Below, one piece after another: positions 35,586-49,471 of a DNA stretch of 64,000 nt (its first letter is position 1; each line of letters opens with the position of its first letter). The stretch lies in NCBI GenBank assembly GCA_026023565.1, contig JAPETS010000017.1:372001-436000 (forward strand), in the 5' to 3' direction. A model generated the notes under the pieces. That model saw only the letters and a program-made list of their open reading frames with translations, did no database searches and was not told where the DNA came from. Both the position numbers and the translations under genes were made by a program. Origin of the DNA: Cirrosporium novae-zelandiae (taxonomy: Eukaryota).

Positions 35586-38400
35586 TCATGCAGTGACAGC
35601 GCCGGCGGACCTTGAACTCCTCAAACTGCTACTGTTGTTCCTCCCATTTTTGTTCTGTCTTGCTGGTCTTGCAACAGTGTATCTGTGAAAAATTAGTATT
35701 GAAATCCCCATGGCAAGAAAATTATTAGCATACTTAGCAAACGCCCTGGCCAGGGCCTTTTTACAGCTGACTTTCTGACTTCCTACAAAAGAATCCACAG
35801 TGACAGCAATAGCGCGGTCAATATCCTGGGAGGTACAATAATCACCTAAACGCATCTTACTGAATGCTTCACTGATACGCATAATAGCCTCAAGATGTCG
35901 GACCGTGATCGGGAGAGCGCCCGTAGCGAGACTCTCTCGTCGCATATCTGCGAAGAGTCTTGCCACCTTATCTTGATCGATTTGATAGAGCTTAGGTCGG
36001 CAACGCTCTCGTGCATAGAGAATGTATTTGCGGAGTAACTCCTGTGGAATCTGTCCTTCACGCACAGCAGGCTCACCACCATTGACGGGTTGTCGGCTTG
36101 ATCCCGAGTTGTGTTCCGTTTCCATGGCATCAGCACTACCATGAGCAGTATTTGCAGAAGGATGTGCTCGTCCATGAGAGTTCACAACAAACGAAGCGAG
36201 AAGCTCATCTTCCTCTGGATCAACAGTGTCACGGACGACACAAAGAACATCAAAACGAGAAAGGATAGGCTCAGTAAGCTCAACATTTTGAGCAAAGGGG
36301 AGGGTGCCGTTGTAGCGACCACCAATAGGGTTAGCAGCTGCAACGATGGCACATCGAGCTTGCAAAGTGGTGACAATTCCAGCCTTGGAGATGGAGATGG
36401 TTTGCTGTTCCATAGCTTCGTGGATAGAAGTACGATCTTGATCGTTCATCTTATCAAATTCATCAATTAGACAAGTACCACGATCAGCAAGTACAAGTGC
36501 ACCACCTTCAAGGGTCCATTCGCTAGTGAGAGGATCTCGTCGCACTGATGCTGTAAGACCTACTGCACTAGCACCCTGGCCAGTTGCAAATACAGCACGA
36601 TGGGCGGTTTTTTCAATATATTTAAGAACTTGAGATTTAGCCGTTCCGGGATCACCAAGTAAAAGGACATTGATATCACCACGAATTGAGTGTTTTCCCT
36701 GGGCTTCTTTGCTGACACCGCCAAACAGAGACAGAGCAACCGCGGTCTTGATGTCAGTATGACCATAGATGCTAGGTGCAACGGAGTTGATGATCTTGTC
36801 AACAATTTGAGGATCATGCGAAAGGATTCGGATTTCACGCTCATCATCTTCGGTTAGACGGAAACCTGCAAGCTGATCGTGAGATTTGATGACATGATTG
36901 GCTTCAAGAATAGTAGCGAACACAGGGAAGCCGTTTTTGCTGTTCAACTGTGCGTCATAGCTGTTACGGTAGATTCCAGTAATCTCAACTTCTTCACCAG
37001 GTTTCGCAGAATCTATGAGGTCCCAAAGTAGAATCACTTCTCGATGTCGAGGAAGACGACCAGCCGGAACAGTTCCTGGGGATTCTTGTAAAGTAAGTTT
37101 TTGGTAATTTCGATATACTGTTTGCTCTGCATTTAAGGTGAAAGGACCTCTGGATTGGCAATTTTGGCAGAAAGATATCTTAACCTCAACGTTAGAATCC
37201 TGCTGGAAAGGTCCGAGAGTGACACCGCATTTGTTGCATTTGAATTTGATATATTTTAGCTGTGGGAAAACGCCGGTTCTTCGAGTAACGACTCCACTGA
37301 CTCGAACCAAGCAATTGAGATGTGTCTGTCGTAACTGACGGAGGGTATAATGAATGGGCAAATCCGAGATACGTACATGAATCTCGGAGTGGATGCGCTC
37401 GTAATCAGGGTAATGTAGGAGGACAACATCCATAGCAACTTGATCGAATATTTTTAGAATTTCACTTGGAGCATTAGCCAGAAAGTATGCCAAAATAGCC
37501 TTGGAAGCCGCAAGATGGTCATAAGAAACTTCTAGAGACTCGGCATTAACCTCTCCTAGAGTTCTCACACGTGTACCATAGACCGAACTGCCATGCTCGT
37601 CGGTATATTCGGTTAAAAATGCCTTGAACTCTCGAGCGATAGTCCTGTAAACCGATGGAAGGGCAATCCACTCGGTCAAACTCGAAGCTTTTATATCCTG
37701 CAAAGTCTCCAGAGAGAGTTCCTCTTCCATAATATCATCACCCATATCTTCATCTTCCTGATCCTCATCATAGTGATGGCGTCTTCTCCGAGGTTGTCTC
37801 GTCAAATCTAAAGCTCCATCATCATCCTCATCCTCCAGGAAAGCAGCGGGCATGCGACGTCGCCGAGCCAATTCCTGATCTCTGCGATTAAGTTGAGCTT
37901 CAAGTCGTCTTCTCTCGGCAAGATCGAGTTCATCGTATTCGCCTTCATCATCAATGTCTGCGCCTTCATAATTGCCTCTATCTTGTTTCTCGTAATCTGC
38001 CTCGAAGTTGTCGGCAAAAAGATCGATCCCATCAACATCCTCTGCCATCTCTTCCGCATCATCAATATCGCCAATTATTTCATTATCGTCAATTATTTCA
38101 TCTTCATCACCCGCTGGAAGCATAGGAGGGGACGATGGGGGCACTGATTCGGTTAGTTCGTAATCGAGATAGCACTCGAACGAAGGATATCATACGACTA
38201 GATGGCGGGGCCGCCGACGAAGAAGGGAGATCATCATCTGGTTCTCTAGAGCGTTTCCTCGGATTTGATGAACCTAATCCGCGATTCGCCGCTGACATAC
38301 TCGGGCGTAATGGTGAACTATTTAACGAGAAATGAGTTAAGGATATTAAGAGGATAACTCAAGGTAATCCCAATTAGGGGGGTAACCAAACAAACCTCAT
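35586..38400 (-). CDS. MCM2: DNA replication licensing factor Mcm2
   Basis: Acidic N-terminus, C4 zinc finger, Walker A GDPGTAKSQ, IDEFDKM, SRFD arginine finger; short 5' exons starting ATGAG|GT at 38400. Confidence 0.97.
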
Positions 38401-38593
38401 TTGTTAAACCAGAAAAAAAGAACGGTTAAATATAATTGGTAAGGGGCAAGGACTTTGCGATAGATTGGGAGGGTTGTTGAGGTATAATGCGGGAATGAAG
38501 AATGGAGGTGGGTAATTAGTGGAGGAGGAGGAAGATTGATGAGTTTATGCTACGTTGTAATTAAAACTAAAAGAGCGCGCAAGACTAGGAAAA

Positions 38594-38610
38594 ACGCGTT
38601 ATTAACGCGT
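38594..38610. promoter_or_regulatory. Tandem MCB elements (ACGCGT x2) in the MCM2/UBR7 divergent promoter
   Basis: AACGCGTTATTAACGCGTT; ACGCGT at 38594-38599 and 38605-38610. Confidence 0.75.
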
Positions 38611-38817
38611 TGTCAATTATCGTCCAAATTAGGAGTAGTCGGCCTAGTTATGGAGCTTGCACCCTAAGGCTCATCCTCACTTGTCTTGCATCCTCAACAT
38701 CAACCTCAACTAAACTGATATTTCAAAAGCACTCTGCATACCTTTCCATTGTACAATTATCAAAGGCTACCTTTTGTCTCTCCCTATATTTTATAATCTT
38801 CTATCATTGCGATCGCA

Positions 38818-40696
38818 ATGGCCGCGGCCACCAGTTGCGGAGATGCCAACCTTGCTGAGACCCAGACTGGCCATAAAGATCCCAAAGAATCAAATCAGTC
38901 GCAAACTGCTCTAGAGTGAGTCGCTCCATTCATTTGGGTCGGCATCCTTCCTGTTTTGCCCATTTTTCGGCGGCAACTAACAGCTAGTCTCTCTAGATAC
39001 ATTGACAACCAACTTCAACTTGAGGCCGAAGCCCGGGAAGCACTCCCATACGTACGTGCGCTCACTCAATCTTTCCATTCATAGCTTACCACCACCTCAG
39101 TCATTTGATACCTGCACGAAGCCCCTTGGACCCCTCCGTCAAATCCTCTATTCCTGCCTTACATGCAACCCACCGCCGGATTCTCCATCTAAACCATACA
39201 ATCCAGCAGGCGTCTGCTATTCGTGCTCAATATCCTGCCATGGGGAACACACACTAGTTGAACTCTTCAACAAGAGAAATTTCGTATGCGATTGCGGAAC
39301 TACTAGAATGCCGGCCACGTCATGCTGTACCCTTCGAGTAAATGCCGCAACCGGATTGAAGGGTGGCGTTCATTCGGAAGAACCTGCACCAGGGAATAGA
39401 TATAATCGGAACTTCCAGAATAGATTTTGCGGATGTGGTGAGGAGTATGATGCGAATGCAGAGAAGGGGACCATGTTTCAATGCTTGGGGCTGGGAACAG
39501 CTGACGATGGTGGATGTGGGGAGGATTGGTGGCATCCTGAGTGTCTTGTGGGACTGCCCCGGGGCTGGTATAATGATATAACCCAGAGTGAAAAAGACCA
39601 AGTGAAAAAAGTTGCCGGGGGAAGGGCCCGGGACGAGACGAGCCTGAAACCACATGGAGATGCACCAGCTAGCGATGCTAATTCAAACAATCAAACATCA
39701 AACAAACATGAACCTAATCCTCATCAATGTGATGGTCATCACTCCCATGACCACTCAGACCACCATTCTATAATTTCTGATGACGAGCCACCATTCCCTC
39801 CAGGCTTCCCGAATGAGGATGACTTTGAAGCATTCATCTGCTACAAGTGTGTTGAAGCACATCCATGGATCAAACGCTACGCCAGTACAACTGGCTTCCT
39901 GCCTCCCATTTTTCACAAGCCATTAAACACTAATCAACAAGAAAACAAAGACTCCTCTAATCTTTTAGCCCCTCCCTCGAAGAAGAGAAAACTATCAAAT
40001 GCATCCGAAACCACTGTAAGCGATACATCCAAACGACACAAAACAGCTTCTCCGGATCCTCCAACCACAACATCTGACCCCCTTCCTTCAACCACCCTCA
40101 CCTCACCAACCCAACCCTGTAAATACACCATCCTCCCACCACCTCTCTCGGACCAAACCCCATTCTCCCTCTTCTACCTCCCCGACTTCCGAACCCACCT
40201 CTGCCACTGCCCAGCCTGCTTCCCCCTCCTCTCCCCACACCCCCAACTCCTCGAAGAAGAAGAAACCTACGAACCCCCCATGTCAGACTCCAGCTCAGTC
40301 GCTCGCAATAATAATAACGACCCCCTTCACGCCCACGTTCACAGCACCACTCACTCCCGCGGCGGCTCCTCCCTCCTCGACCGCGGCGAAGCTGCCCTCA
40401 GCAACATCGACCGCGTGCGCGCAATCGAGGGCGTCATGGCCTACAACCACCTCCGGGACAAAGTCAAGGATTTCCTGAAACCGTTTGCTGAGAGCGGGCA
40501 GGCCGTAGGGGCGGAGGATATTAAAAAGTATTTTGAGGGGTTGAGAGGGGATGCGGAGGCGATTAGGATGGCGGCGAGTGGTGGGGCTTCGGGCGATGGT
40601 GATGGAAGAGGAGGGGACGATCGGAAGGAAAGCGAAGGTGGTGGTGGTAGTGGTGATGGGCAGCAGGATAGTCGGAGGGAGCAACGGGGCTTTTAG
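38818..40696 (+). CDS. mlo2: UBR-type zinc finger/PHD protein, Mlo2/UBR7 orthologue
   Basis: SQTALE|YID.QLQLEAEAREALPY|SFDTCT..LGPLRQ, CSISCHGEH.LVELF.KRNF.CDCG, WWHPEC, LEEEE.YEP, IDRVRAIEG.MAY. Confidence 0.9.
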
Positions 40697-41232
40697 TATC
40701 AAGGGAGGGATCCTTTTGAATCTATCTGTGAGACTTTGATGTGTTTGGATAAAGATAAATTCTTGGTGCCCATTTTCATAATCTCATGACAAGAAGAGGA
40801 TGATGGTATTCAGTGCATTGTCATGAAATAAGAGACAATAGGCAGGATAGAATACTGGTAAGATGGTAGGTAGGTAACCGGATGGTAATTCACTCTTAGG
40901 ACTTATTTACCAACATATGCTTTTTTTTTACTTTTAAGGAGCTATTAGACTAGACAGTTCATCTTACCGCTTCGTTTTTTACTGTTGTCCATACAATGAA
41001 TTGGGGTCGATTTTTAGCTCTTTCACATAGTACTAGGAAGTGGGCCTTTGATATCAATATGGGTCTTGGATTGCATTTTTCACTGTTCCTAAAGCGGAGG
41101 TCATTCTTTGTGGGAAGAAAGCTTTGGATAAGAACTTTTTTCTACCTACTACTAACATTAATCAATCTATGGACGACGCATATTTCCTACTCTTCCCATG
41201 ATAGCGTAGATGGTCGTCCCTTAGAAAATCAA

Positions 41233-42835
41233 TCATAACTCATTTCTCTTCCTTGTTGAACTCGAAACTTGACGAAGTCTCATTAAGGAAATCCCATGTC
41301 GAGGGACCTGTGTTGTTATAGTCCCCAGTCCCTGAACGCGTGTTACGTATTCGCCAAATAGCCTTGTGTCGTTATTTGCCAGTCCCTGGGCATACGATAT
41401 TGCTGTCGCATTGTAATAAGTTCCATTGACCGCATTCACGAGGGTATCATTGCTTGCGATTGTTAAGTTGTTGTTACCGTTGGAAATGATTTGCGAGGCA
41501 ACGGAATCAGACATGCGATTAGCCCAAAGATCATATACATCCCAAGTTGCAGCAGCTTGGGTGTTCGAAGAGCTTTTCCCACCGTCATCCCAGAAAATGT
41601 CTCTGAGTGTGGCATTCATGGTACGTGCCTCATTGCCAGCGTTCACGAGTGCGACTACTTCGTCACCATTATCGAGGGATCCAGACCACATTTGAATTTC
41701 GCCTTGGCCAAATTCATCTGTGTCATTGACAAAGTATCGCCATCTTCTCACGGCGGAGCTCCCTGATGGATCCTGAGAGATAGCCAGGACAGCCGGATTC
41801 GAAAGAATGGACAAAGTAGAGACTGACATACTCCGGATGTCATTCCCCATGAGGAGAGGGGACTTGACGGCTGCCCACATCGAGAAGTGTATTTTATACT
41901 CGTCATCACTCATCCCGCCATTTCCAACTTGGAGCATATCAAGATCATTCCAACTACCCGGAATACCTTTATCCACGAAACCTGTGACTTTGTTCAAAAC
42001 GTTCATCGCAGAGCAATGAAACCCTGGAAGTGCACAGTCGTATCCCTCATCTCCTGTACATGGACATCTAGTATCGGGCCGATCAAAGCTGTCAGTGAGA
42101 TCGCCGGACATTCTCCAAGAGTTACACATTGTTTGCCCCCATTTCCAAGGGTAATCTTCACCCCAATTGCATACAGAATAGAGTATGGAACGGCCGGTAG
42201 TGTTGAGCGCGTTGGACATGACTTTATAACGGTTGTATGTTATTAGGGGTGTACCGGATTGGCCTTCATTATAACAATTGTCGTACTTCAGATAGTCGAC
42301 ATGCCAATTTGCAAATGTCTGAGCATCAATACGTTCGTATCCAAGGGATCCCACTATTATAGTATGTCAATACTAAAATCATTGGAACATAGAAGGTACT
42401 CTCTTACTATATTTTCCACAAGTCATTTTCCCTGCATCTGAATACATTCCAAACCCAAAGCCCATATCATGCAATTGACCGGCAACGTGTCGCATACCAT
42501 TGGGGAACTTTGTAGTATCGACTTTCAAAGAACCATTGGCAGTTCGTCCGGCCGACCAGCAGTCATCAAGGACTATATAGTGATAGCCAGCGTCTTGAAG
42601 GCCATAGTCGGTTATCTTTCGCGCCGTTTGAAGAAGGAGTTCTTCGCTAACATCACACCCAAAAGCATTCCAGGTGTTCTATTTGTTATCAGTGCTGTAT
42701 CGTCACGGGAGCCCCATAAAGGGCACGCACCCAACCCATTGCAGGCGTTCTTGCGAGGCCATTATCGGAGGCAGCGGATCTGAAAGCGAAAAGGGCAAAT
42801 GAAAGGGTAATTAGAAAGTCAAGATGTCCAAACAT
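41233..42835 (-). CDS. Secreted alpha-galactosidase, GH27
   Basis: Signal peptide, DNGLARTPAMGW|NTWNAF.C, LDDCW, YLKYDNC, SWRMSGD, WNDLDML; two introns. Confidence 0.95.
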
Positions 42836-44082
42836 CTTGCTCTCCCATACAGGTATCGATTTTTCCCGAAAAGAAAGCCAATGGCAAGCTATTTTGTGAT
42901 AGTTGTATTTGCCGGCTGATGTATTTGGGCCAATTTATGAAAATCTAATATAGAAATGAGACGAGTCCGCAAAGTAGTGAGCAAACAACATTATATAGAG
43001 AACAATCGGGCCTTTGATCAACGGCCAAGATATCAATAAGAAGGCCCAAGGCACCTTGATTGGAGGGGGTAGATCTATTGCGCGGCGCAGTGGAGCTTAA
43101 GTCTCGAGAGAGTAGGAAAAGGTAGGAGAAGGTAGGATGTAGGAAAGTATAGGAAAGTGTGGGAGGATGCGGGAGAATGTGGGAGGATGTGGGAGAGTGA
43201 AGGGTCGAGTCATTATTGTAAACAGTCGTTAAGCTCCATCTCTGGAACGGAATGCGGGGAAGGTCGTACTCCGATGATCCCATGACTTTTGCAGGGTTGG
43301 GAAGTCCCAAGGTAGGATCATTACATAGTAATTAATCGGTCCTTTGGTAGTAATTTCGTAAGTAAATCCTAAATAATGAGACCATAGACCGTAGTAGGCT
43401 GTTGGCTGTTGGCTGTTGGCTGTTGGCTGTTGTATGTGAAGAAAGATTTGGGCGAGATGGATACAGCGATATTACCGAGTCAGAGTAAGGTATTTTATGT
43501 TCGTACTGTACTTGGTATCGCGTACTTTGATAAAGCGGATCTTGGTCTTCTCCAGATTCCCCACAGTTCCCACTTTTCCTCACTAAATCACCCCACATCA
43601 CCCAGACCTTACCACAGTGCTACAATCATACACAAAATATATCCCCCACATTGATATCCTTCTACCGTCCCTCTAGAGAATCTCTGAACCAACAATTATT
43701 TCCCTATGTCTAAAAATCCTATTGATTTACAATGAAATAATTACCTATAGATCCAGAGAGATTTTTTATCTATATCCGTTATCGCTATTGCTAACTATAC
43801 TGTTCTTTCTTGTAGACTTGTTTCTATTGAGCCTGAATTGCTCGGTATCTTCAAATGTAGGAACAATAGGACAACACATCATGCGGGACACTGCATTGAT
43901 CCGGTTCAATTCTCCCGGCAGCGAGGAGAGCACCTATGTTTAAAGATGACCATGCCGATACTCCTTCAACAAGTATCATGATTTTTTAACTGAATGCTGT
44001 CAACCATTTTGGCCAGCCTTTCTTAATCCTAACAAATTACAGGACATATCAGAAACATTAGCAAAAACTCACAGTTGTGATC

Positions 44083-46570
44083 ATGAAGTTCACCGAAGGA
44101 ATGTGGTTCCTAAAGGTGAGGAGACCTTTGAGATAGTCAAGCACTGGCGCAGAACATTCATGAACAAGCAGGAGGGGATTCGGCTAGAGTGGATGGGAAA
44201 CGTCGAGAAGATTACTGAACAGGATCCAAATCTGAGATTGCTCTTGACAAAAAATCAACGACATCGTGGAGATACTATCAACAATGGTAAGGGCAGCAGA
44301 AAATAGAGCAAAGCGATAATTTCAATTATTCATAAACCTGTACAGGGACGGTGACGACGACTATTACTTCTCCTGCCGATGATATAATTGGAGTGAAATA
44401 TGTTCATTGGTAAGTCTTTAATTCTCACTAGTTCCTCGTCGCGAGGATTGCCTATCACGTTATCGACTAATCGTACTTTTTAGGGCTGGCCAATACGATA
44501 AAGGACCACATTTCGAGCTTCAGACTCTTAAGAGCTCTCCAACAATATCTCGAAAAGAGGAATCTGTGGAATATAAATCTGGAAATCTCCAACTTTGTGT
44601 GAACACTATCAAAAATAGCTTTGGTGCTGCTTTCTCTGGTAAAAATGGCAAAAAGTTTACGTCCCATTCTTTCAGGTCGGTGGGGTATATTACAGATGAG
44701 ACTAAATCTCCTTATGAAGATGGACTTTATCGTGAAAGAAAAGGGTATATGTTTGCAGCTCTCGACCTTGGTGTAGGAGAGAAGCTTTATGGATTAGGAG
44801 AGCGATTTGGATCATTCATCAAGAATGGGCAATGTGTCGAGATGTGGAATGAAGATGGGGGCACCTCATCAGAGCTAGCGTTGGCCCTTTTCCTCTCATT
44901 GTCCCTCAGACGAGACCTTGCTAATAAACAACCCCTTCAGATATAAAAATATCCCTTTCTATCTCAGCTCTAAAGGTTACGGCGTCTTCGTAAATCACCC
45001 AGGAAAAGTATCCTTCGAGCTCCAATCCGAACGCACCACTCGTGTCAACATCAGCGTAATGGGCGAATCGCTCGAGTACTTCATTATCTATGGCCCCTCT
45101 CCCAAGGACATCATTATCAAATACACAGCCTTAACAGGACGTCCGGCCGTCCCCCCAGCGTGGTCCTACAATCTCTGGCTCAGCACGTCGTTTACAACTA
45201 ACTACGACGAAAAGACCGTTACTAGCTTCCTGGATGGGTTCAAAGACCGCGACATCCCACTAGGAACCTTCCATTTCGATCCCTTCTGGATGAAAGCATA
45301 TCAATGGTGCGATTTCGAGTTTGACGCCGATATCTTCCCGGACGCGGGGGGTTACCTCCAACGCCTGCAAAAGCGCGGCCTCAAAGTCTGCGTCTGGATA
45401 AACCCCTACATCGGCCAAGAATCCCCGCTCTTCGAGCAAGGGAAAGAGCACGGTTACTTTGTCAAGCGGCTCAATGGCGATGTCTGGCAGTGGGATAACT
45501 GGCTCGCGGGCATGGCGCTAGTAGACTTTACCAATCCAGAAGCGTGCAAATGGTACCAGGGATATCTTAGCAAGCTAGTCAAGCTGGGCGTCTCAGCATT
45601 CAAAACAGATTTTGGTGAACGGATTCCCTGGAAGAATGTGCTGTATTTCAATGGGTCTGATCCCTTGCGGATGCACAATTACTACACCTACCTCTACAAC
45701 AAAACCGTCCACGAAGTCATCATAAACGATCTCGGCCCCACAAACGGCTGCCTCTTCGCACGGAGCGCTACAACAGGGAGCCAACAATTTCCCGTCCACT
45801 GGGGTGGAGACTGCGAATCAACCTTCGAAGCCATGGCCGAAACCCTTCGTGGAGGCCTGAGCCTCGCATGTTCCGGGTTTGGTTACTGGGCACACGACAT
45901 TGGCGGGTTTGAAGGAACTCCATCGCCCATATTATACCAACGATGGTGTCAATTTGGACTCCTCTCATCACACTCGCGCCTCCATGGTTCAGGCTCCTTT
46001 CGTGTGCCCTGGCTCTTCGGCGAGGACTCGTGCCACGTGTTAAGGAAATTTGTAAAGCTCAAGCTGTCTCTTCTACCATATTTACTCCCCCAGGCACTAG
46101 AAGCACACGAGAAGGGTATCCCGGTAATGCGGCCAACGTTCATGGAATTCCCCAAAGATGATAATACATGGGGTGTTGATACCCAGTATTTCCTTGGGAA
46201 CAACCTGCTAGTAGCTCCCGTCTTCTCCGAGGAAGGGGAAGTCAAATTCTACGTCCCTGAAAGTGAGGGTGAGTGGGTGTATTGGTTCGACCACTCCAAG
46301 AGGTATAGGGGTGGAAAGTGGTATCATGAGACCTATGGATTTGACACCCTACCCGTCTTAATCCGACCGGGAACGGTTACGGCGATAAACACGGCCGCTT
46401 TTGACCTTGAATGCACGTATTCGAAGGATAGTCTAGAACTCCTGGTAAATGGAATGGATATGCCCTTTGATGTGAAGCTTGTGAGCCCGAAGGCTCCTGA
46501 TAAAGTTGAAGAAACGGTATCTGTTACTGCCGGGGAGACTAACTTCAATATAATTGACCTAACGAAATGA
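44083..46570 (+). CDS. Alpha-xylosidase, GH31 (YicI-like, no signal peptide)
   Basis: MKFTEGMW start, [29 protein letters not shown] nucleophile motif, [20 protein letters not shown]; four 5' introns. Confidence 0.93.
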
Positions 46571-46958
46571 AATGAGAATTTAACGAGATCAAAGTCTGAA
46601 ATAGAGGAGGTATGGACTATATATCTATATGGAATAAAATTTTATGTTGAACTGCCCTTGATATTTTATGTCTAATTTTTATAATGTCTTGAGGATGGGC
46701 TGGAGCCACTAGGCAACATGGCTATTAAAAGCGTTGGAAAATTGCCTATTTTTTTTCGAGACATATGGATATCCCTTCTAATTATAGTTTCCTTTAGCCT
46801 GGATTGGCTAACTAACTATATGATTGTAAATGCATGGAGTTGCATTATGTTGCCTCGGGAGGCTAGTCGTTTTGAAGAACTGAGAAGGGGGTTCGTGCGT
46901 GCCTTGTACTATACGTCTCCCATCCGTCCAGTGCTGTCTGCTTGATCGGTTGATTATT

Positions 46959-48437
46959 TCACGACCAGGATATGCTATACAACGTAAGTATTGAAGCCAC
47001 AGAAATGCACCAGATCAACCAACAAAAAAAACTTCAAAAAATGAAAATGGTAACTCACACAAGCATAATAGCCGCTCCCAAACCCATGGCTGCAAACTGT
47101 GCAATGGTCTTCTTTATCTCTCCTATCTTATTGGGCCCTGTCTCTAGTAGTTCTGGTATTACAGCAACAGTCCCCACATATAAGAATGTACCTGCTGTCC
47201 AAGGCAACAGCATATCCCCCCAGGTCAAACTTGTTCCCCATATACCTTCCCCTTTCCCTAAAGCCTCCGCGCCTTCTTTACCACCACCATACTCTTGCAC
47301 CGCAATTCCAATACATGTCCCCAAGAATGCGCCTACAGCAGTAACGAACTGAGCGCCCATGGCTTTGCGTTTGGAAAACCCAGATTGGATGAGCAAAGCA
47401 AAGTCCCCGACTTCATGGGGTATTTCATGGAAGAATACCGCAGCAGTGGTTGTGGCGCCAATTGTTGGGGAAGCATAGAATGAGGAAGAAAGGGCGAGAC
47501 CGTCAGTTATGTTATGTGTGAAGTCAGCGATCATGTTAAGAAGACCGCCAAGTTTCATGCTGGGCGAAGGGTCGGGATTGGAGGGTGTAGAATCAAGAGT
47601 AGTGGGTGGCTGTGATTTGCGCTGTTTGATATTGCCGTCTCCCTTTTCGTGTGAGACACCGCTGGCGTGAGCGATTGCATGGCCGTCGATTTCAACCTTT
47701 GCATGACCATGATCATGACCGTCTCCACCAGTTGCTATTCTCAGGGCTTTATCCATAGCCACAAAGGTAACAAATCCAACCATTATGGCCACACCCAGCA
47801 GGAGGTTTTTGTTAGGCTCAACCATTACGAACCGCACGTGCTCAGGAGAGTCTTCGCCAACAAAAATTTCCGGTAGAAGGTGGAAGAGAGTATCACCTAG
47901 AAGGCCACCAACAGCGAAAGCGACCATAATGGAGAGAGAGGCGGGGTCGATGTTTGGAGGACATAGAGCAAGGAGGAAGTCTGGCGACATTTGGTTTTAG
48001 GAAATCTTTTGCAACCAATAGAGGGGAATCATTGGGAAAATTTACTTGGTGGACCAGAGATATAAAGAGTCGCAAGCAATGAATTGACAGCAGGGCTTCC
48101 TGGGAAAAGAATGCCAAAGATACGAGCGACGAGACCTGATTCTTCGGGTGCTGTGTCCACTTTGTATTTATTCAATGCTCCAACGAAAGCACATTCCTAT
48201 CAATTGATCAATATACGCTTTATAATGCCATATTCGCATTTAATAACCAAGAATAATGGCATGATATCAATCACCGACCTGAAGTTTTTCTTCGATCTGA
48301 GGAACGCTGAGATGGCTAACAGCTGTCTCGGCTGAAATATCAGCAAGAGCCAATGCGACTTGAGAAGAGAAGACACAAAGTGCTGTGAGGACCATCAGCC
48401 ATGACGGCCTGGTAGTTAATCTCGTCAACATGGCCAT
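46959..48437 (-). CDS. YKE4: ZIP-family (ZIP7/Ke4) ER zinc transporter
   Basis: FAVGGLLGDTLFHLLPE, HDHGH loop, ADFTHNITDG, FFHEIPHEVGDF; multi-exon with signal peptide. Confidence 0.92.
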
Positions 48438-48691
48438 GACAGAACGAGAAAAAGGACAGAAAGTGCGATGCCCTCGAAAGGAATGAGGGATACAAGAGGA
48501 GTGACAGGGTTAATGTTGGAGGGGAGGACGTGAGATCATTGGGGGGATAATACAAGGGCACCGTTGGGGGACACTCAGGGCCAAAGAGCGCCCAGGCTCT
48601 AATTTTAACTTCATGCAAACTTATCAAATCTACCAAAATTTCCTATCAACTTTCATCCTCACATTTTTCATAATTGCTAAATACTACAAAA

Positions 48692-49471
48692 ATGGGTCGT
48701 GAATTACAAAAGAAAAAGAATCGTTCGTCGATTCCTAAAGTTAAGAGGAAGCAGAAATCAAAGAAGCTCAATTTCAAGGGCAACCAGATTATTTCACAGA
48801 ATTGGTAGCTATATAACCTTTCATATCTCAACCTTCTGCCCTCAATCCATAATCTTTAACAAAGATATCCTATGCTCGATTGACTAATACATCTTCATAG
48901 GGATAAGAATCTGACCCTTTCGCAAAACTATCGGCGCCTGGGCCTAACAGCAAAACTTAACTCCTCCATCCCTCATGCATTAAAAATTACTTCTGCTACA
49001 TCTGCACCCAATACCGACGATCCATTCACTATTACCAACAACCCTAAGTCCGCAGTTATAGTCCCCAAAGAAGCTCGCATAGAACGAGACCCAGAAACCG
49101 GCGCAATACTTCGGATAGTAGACCCAGACGAAGAAAACCGCAAACACAATCCCCTCAACGATCCTCTGAATGACCTTGAATCGGACTCCGAATCAGACCC
49201 CCAACCCTCAAACTCAGAACACGGCATCATAGCGCAACTTGAAGCCGAAGCCGCTCTTGAAGCACCGAAGAAACCACGCACACAAAGTAAGAGAGAAGTT
49301 GAGTGGATAGAAGCGTTAGTAGAGAAATACGGCGATGACACTCGGAAAATGTTCTGGGATAAAAGGTTAAATCCTATGCAGCAGACCGAAGCGGATATTA
49401 AAAAAAGAATAAAAAAGTGGAAACAGACAAAGGCTAGAGAGGAGTGCCAGGATATTCGGGTGGGAGCGTGA
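48692..49471 (+). CDS. NOP16: Nucleolar protein 16
   Basis: MGRELQKKKNRSS...II.QNW|DKNLTLSQNYRRLGL..KLN, RDPETGAI, QS.RE.EWI..LVEKYGDD...M..D.RLNPMQQT; one intron. Not in the ORF track. Confidence 0.92.
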
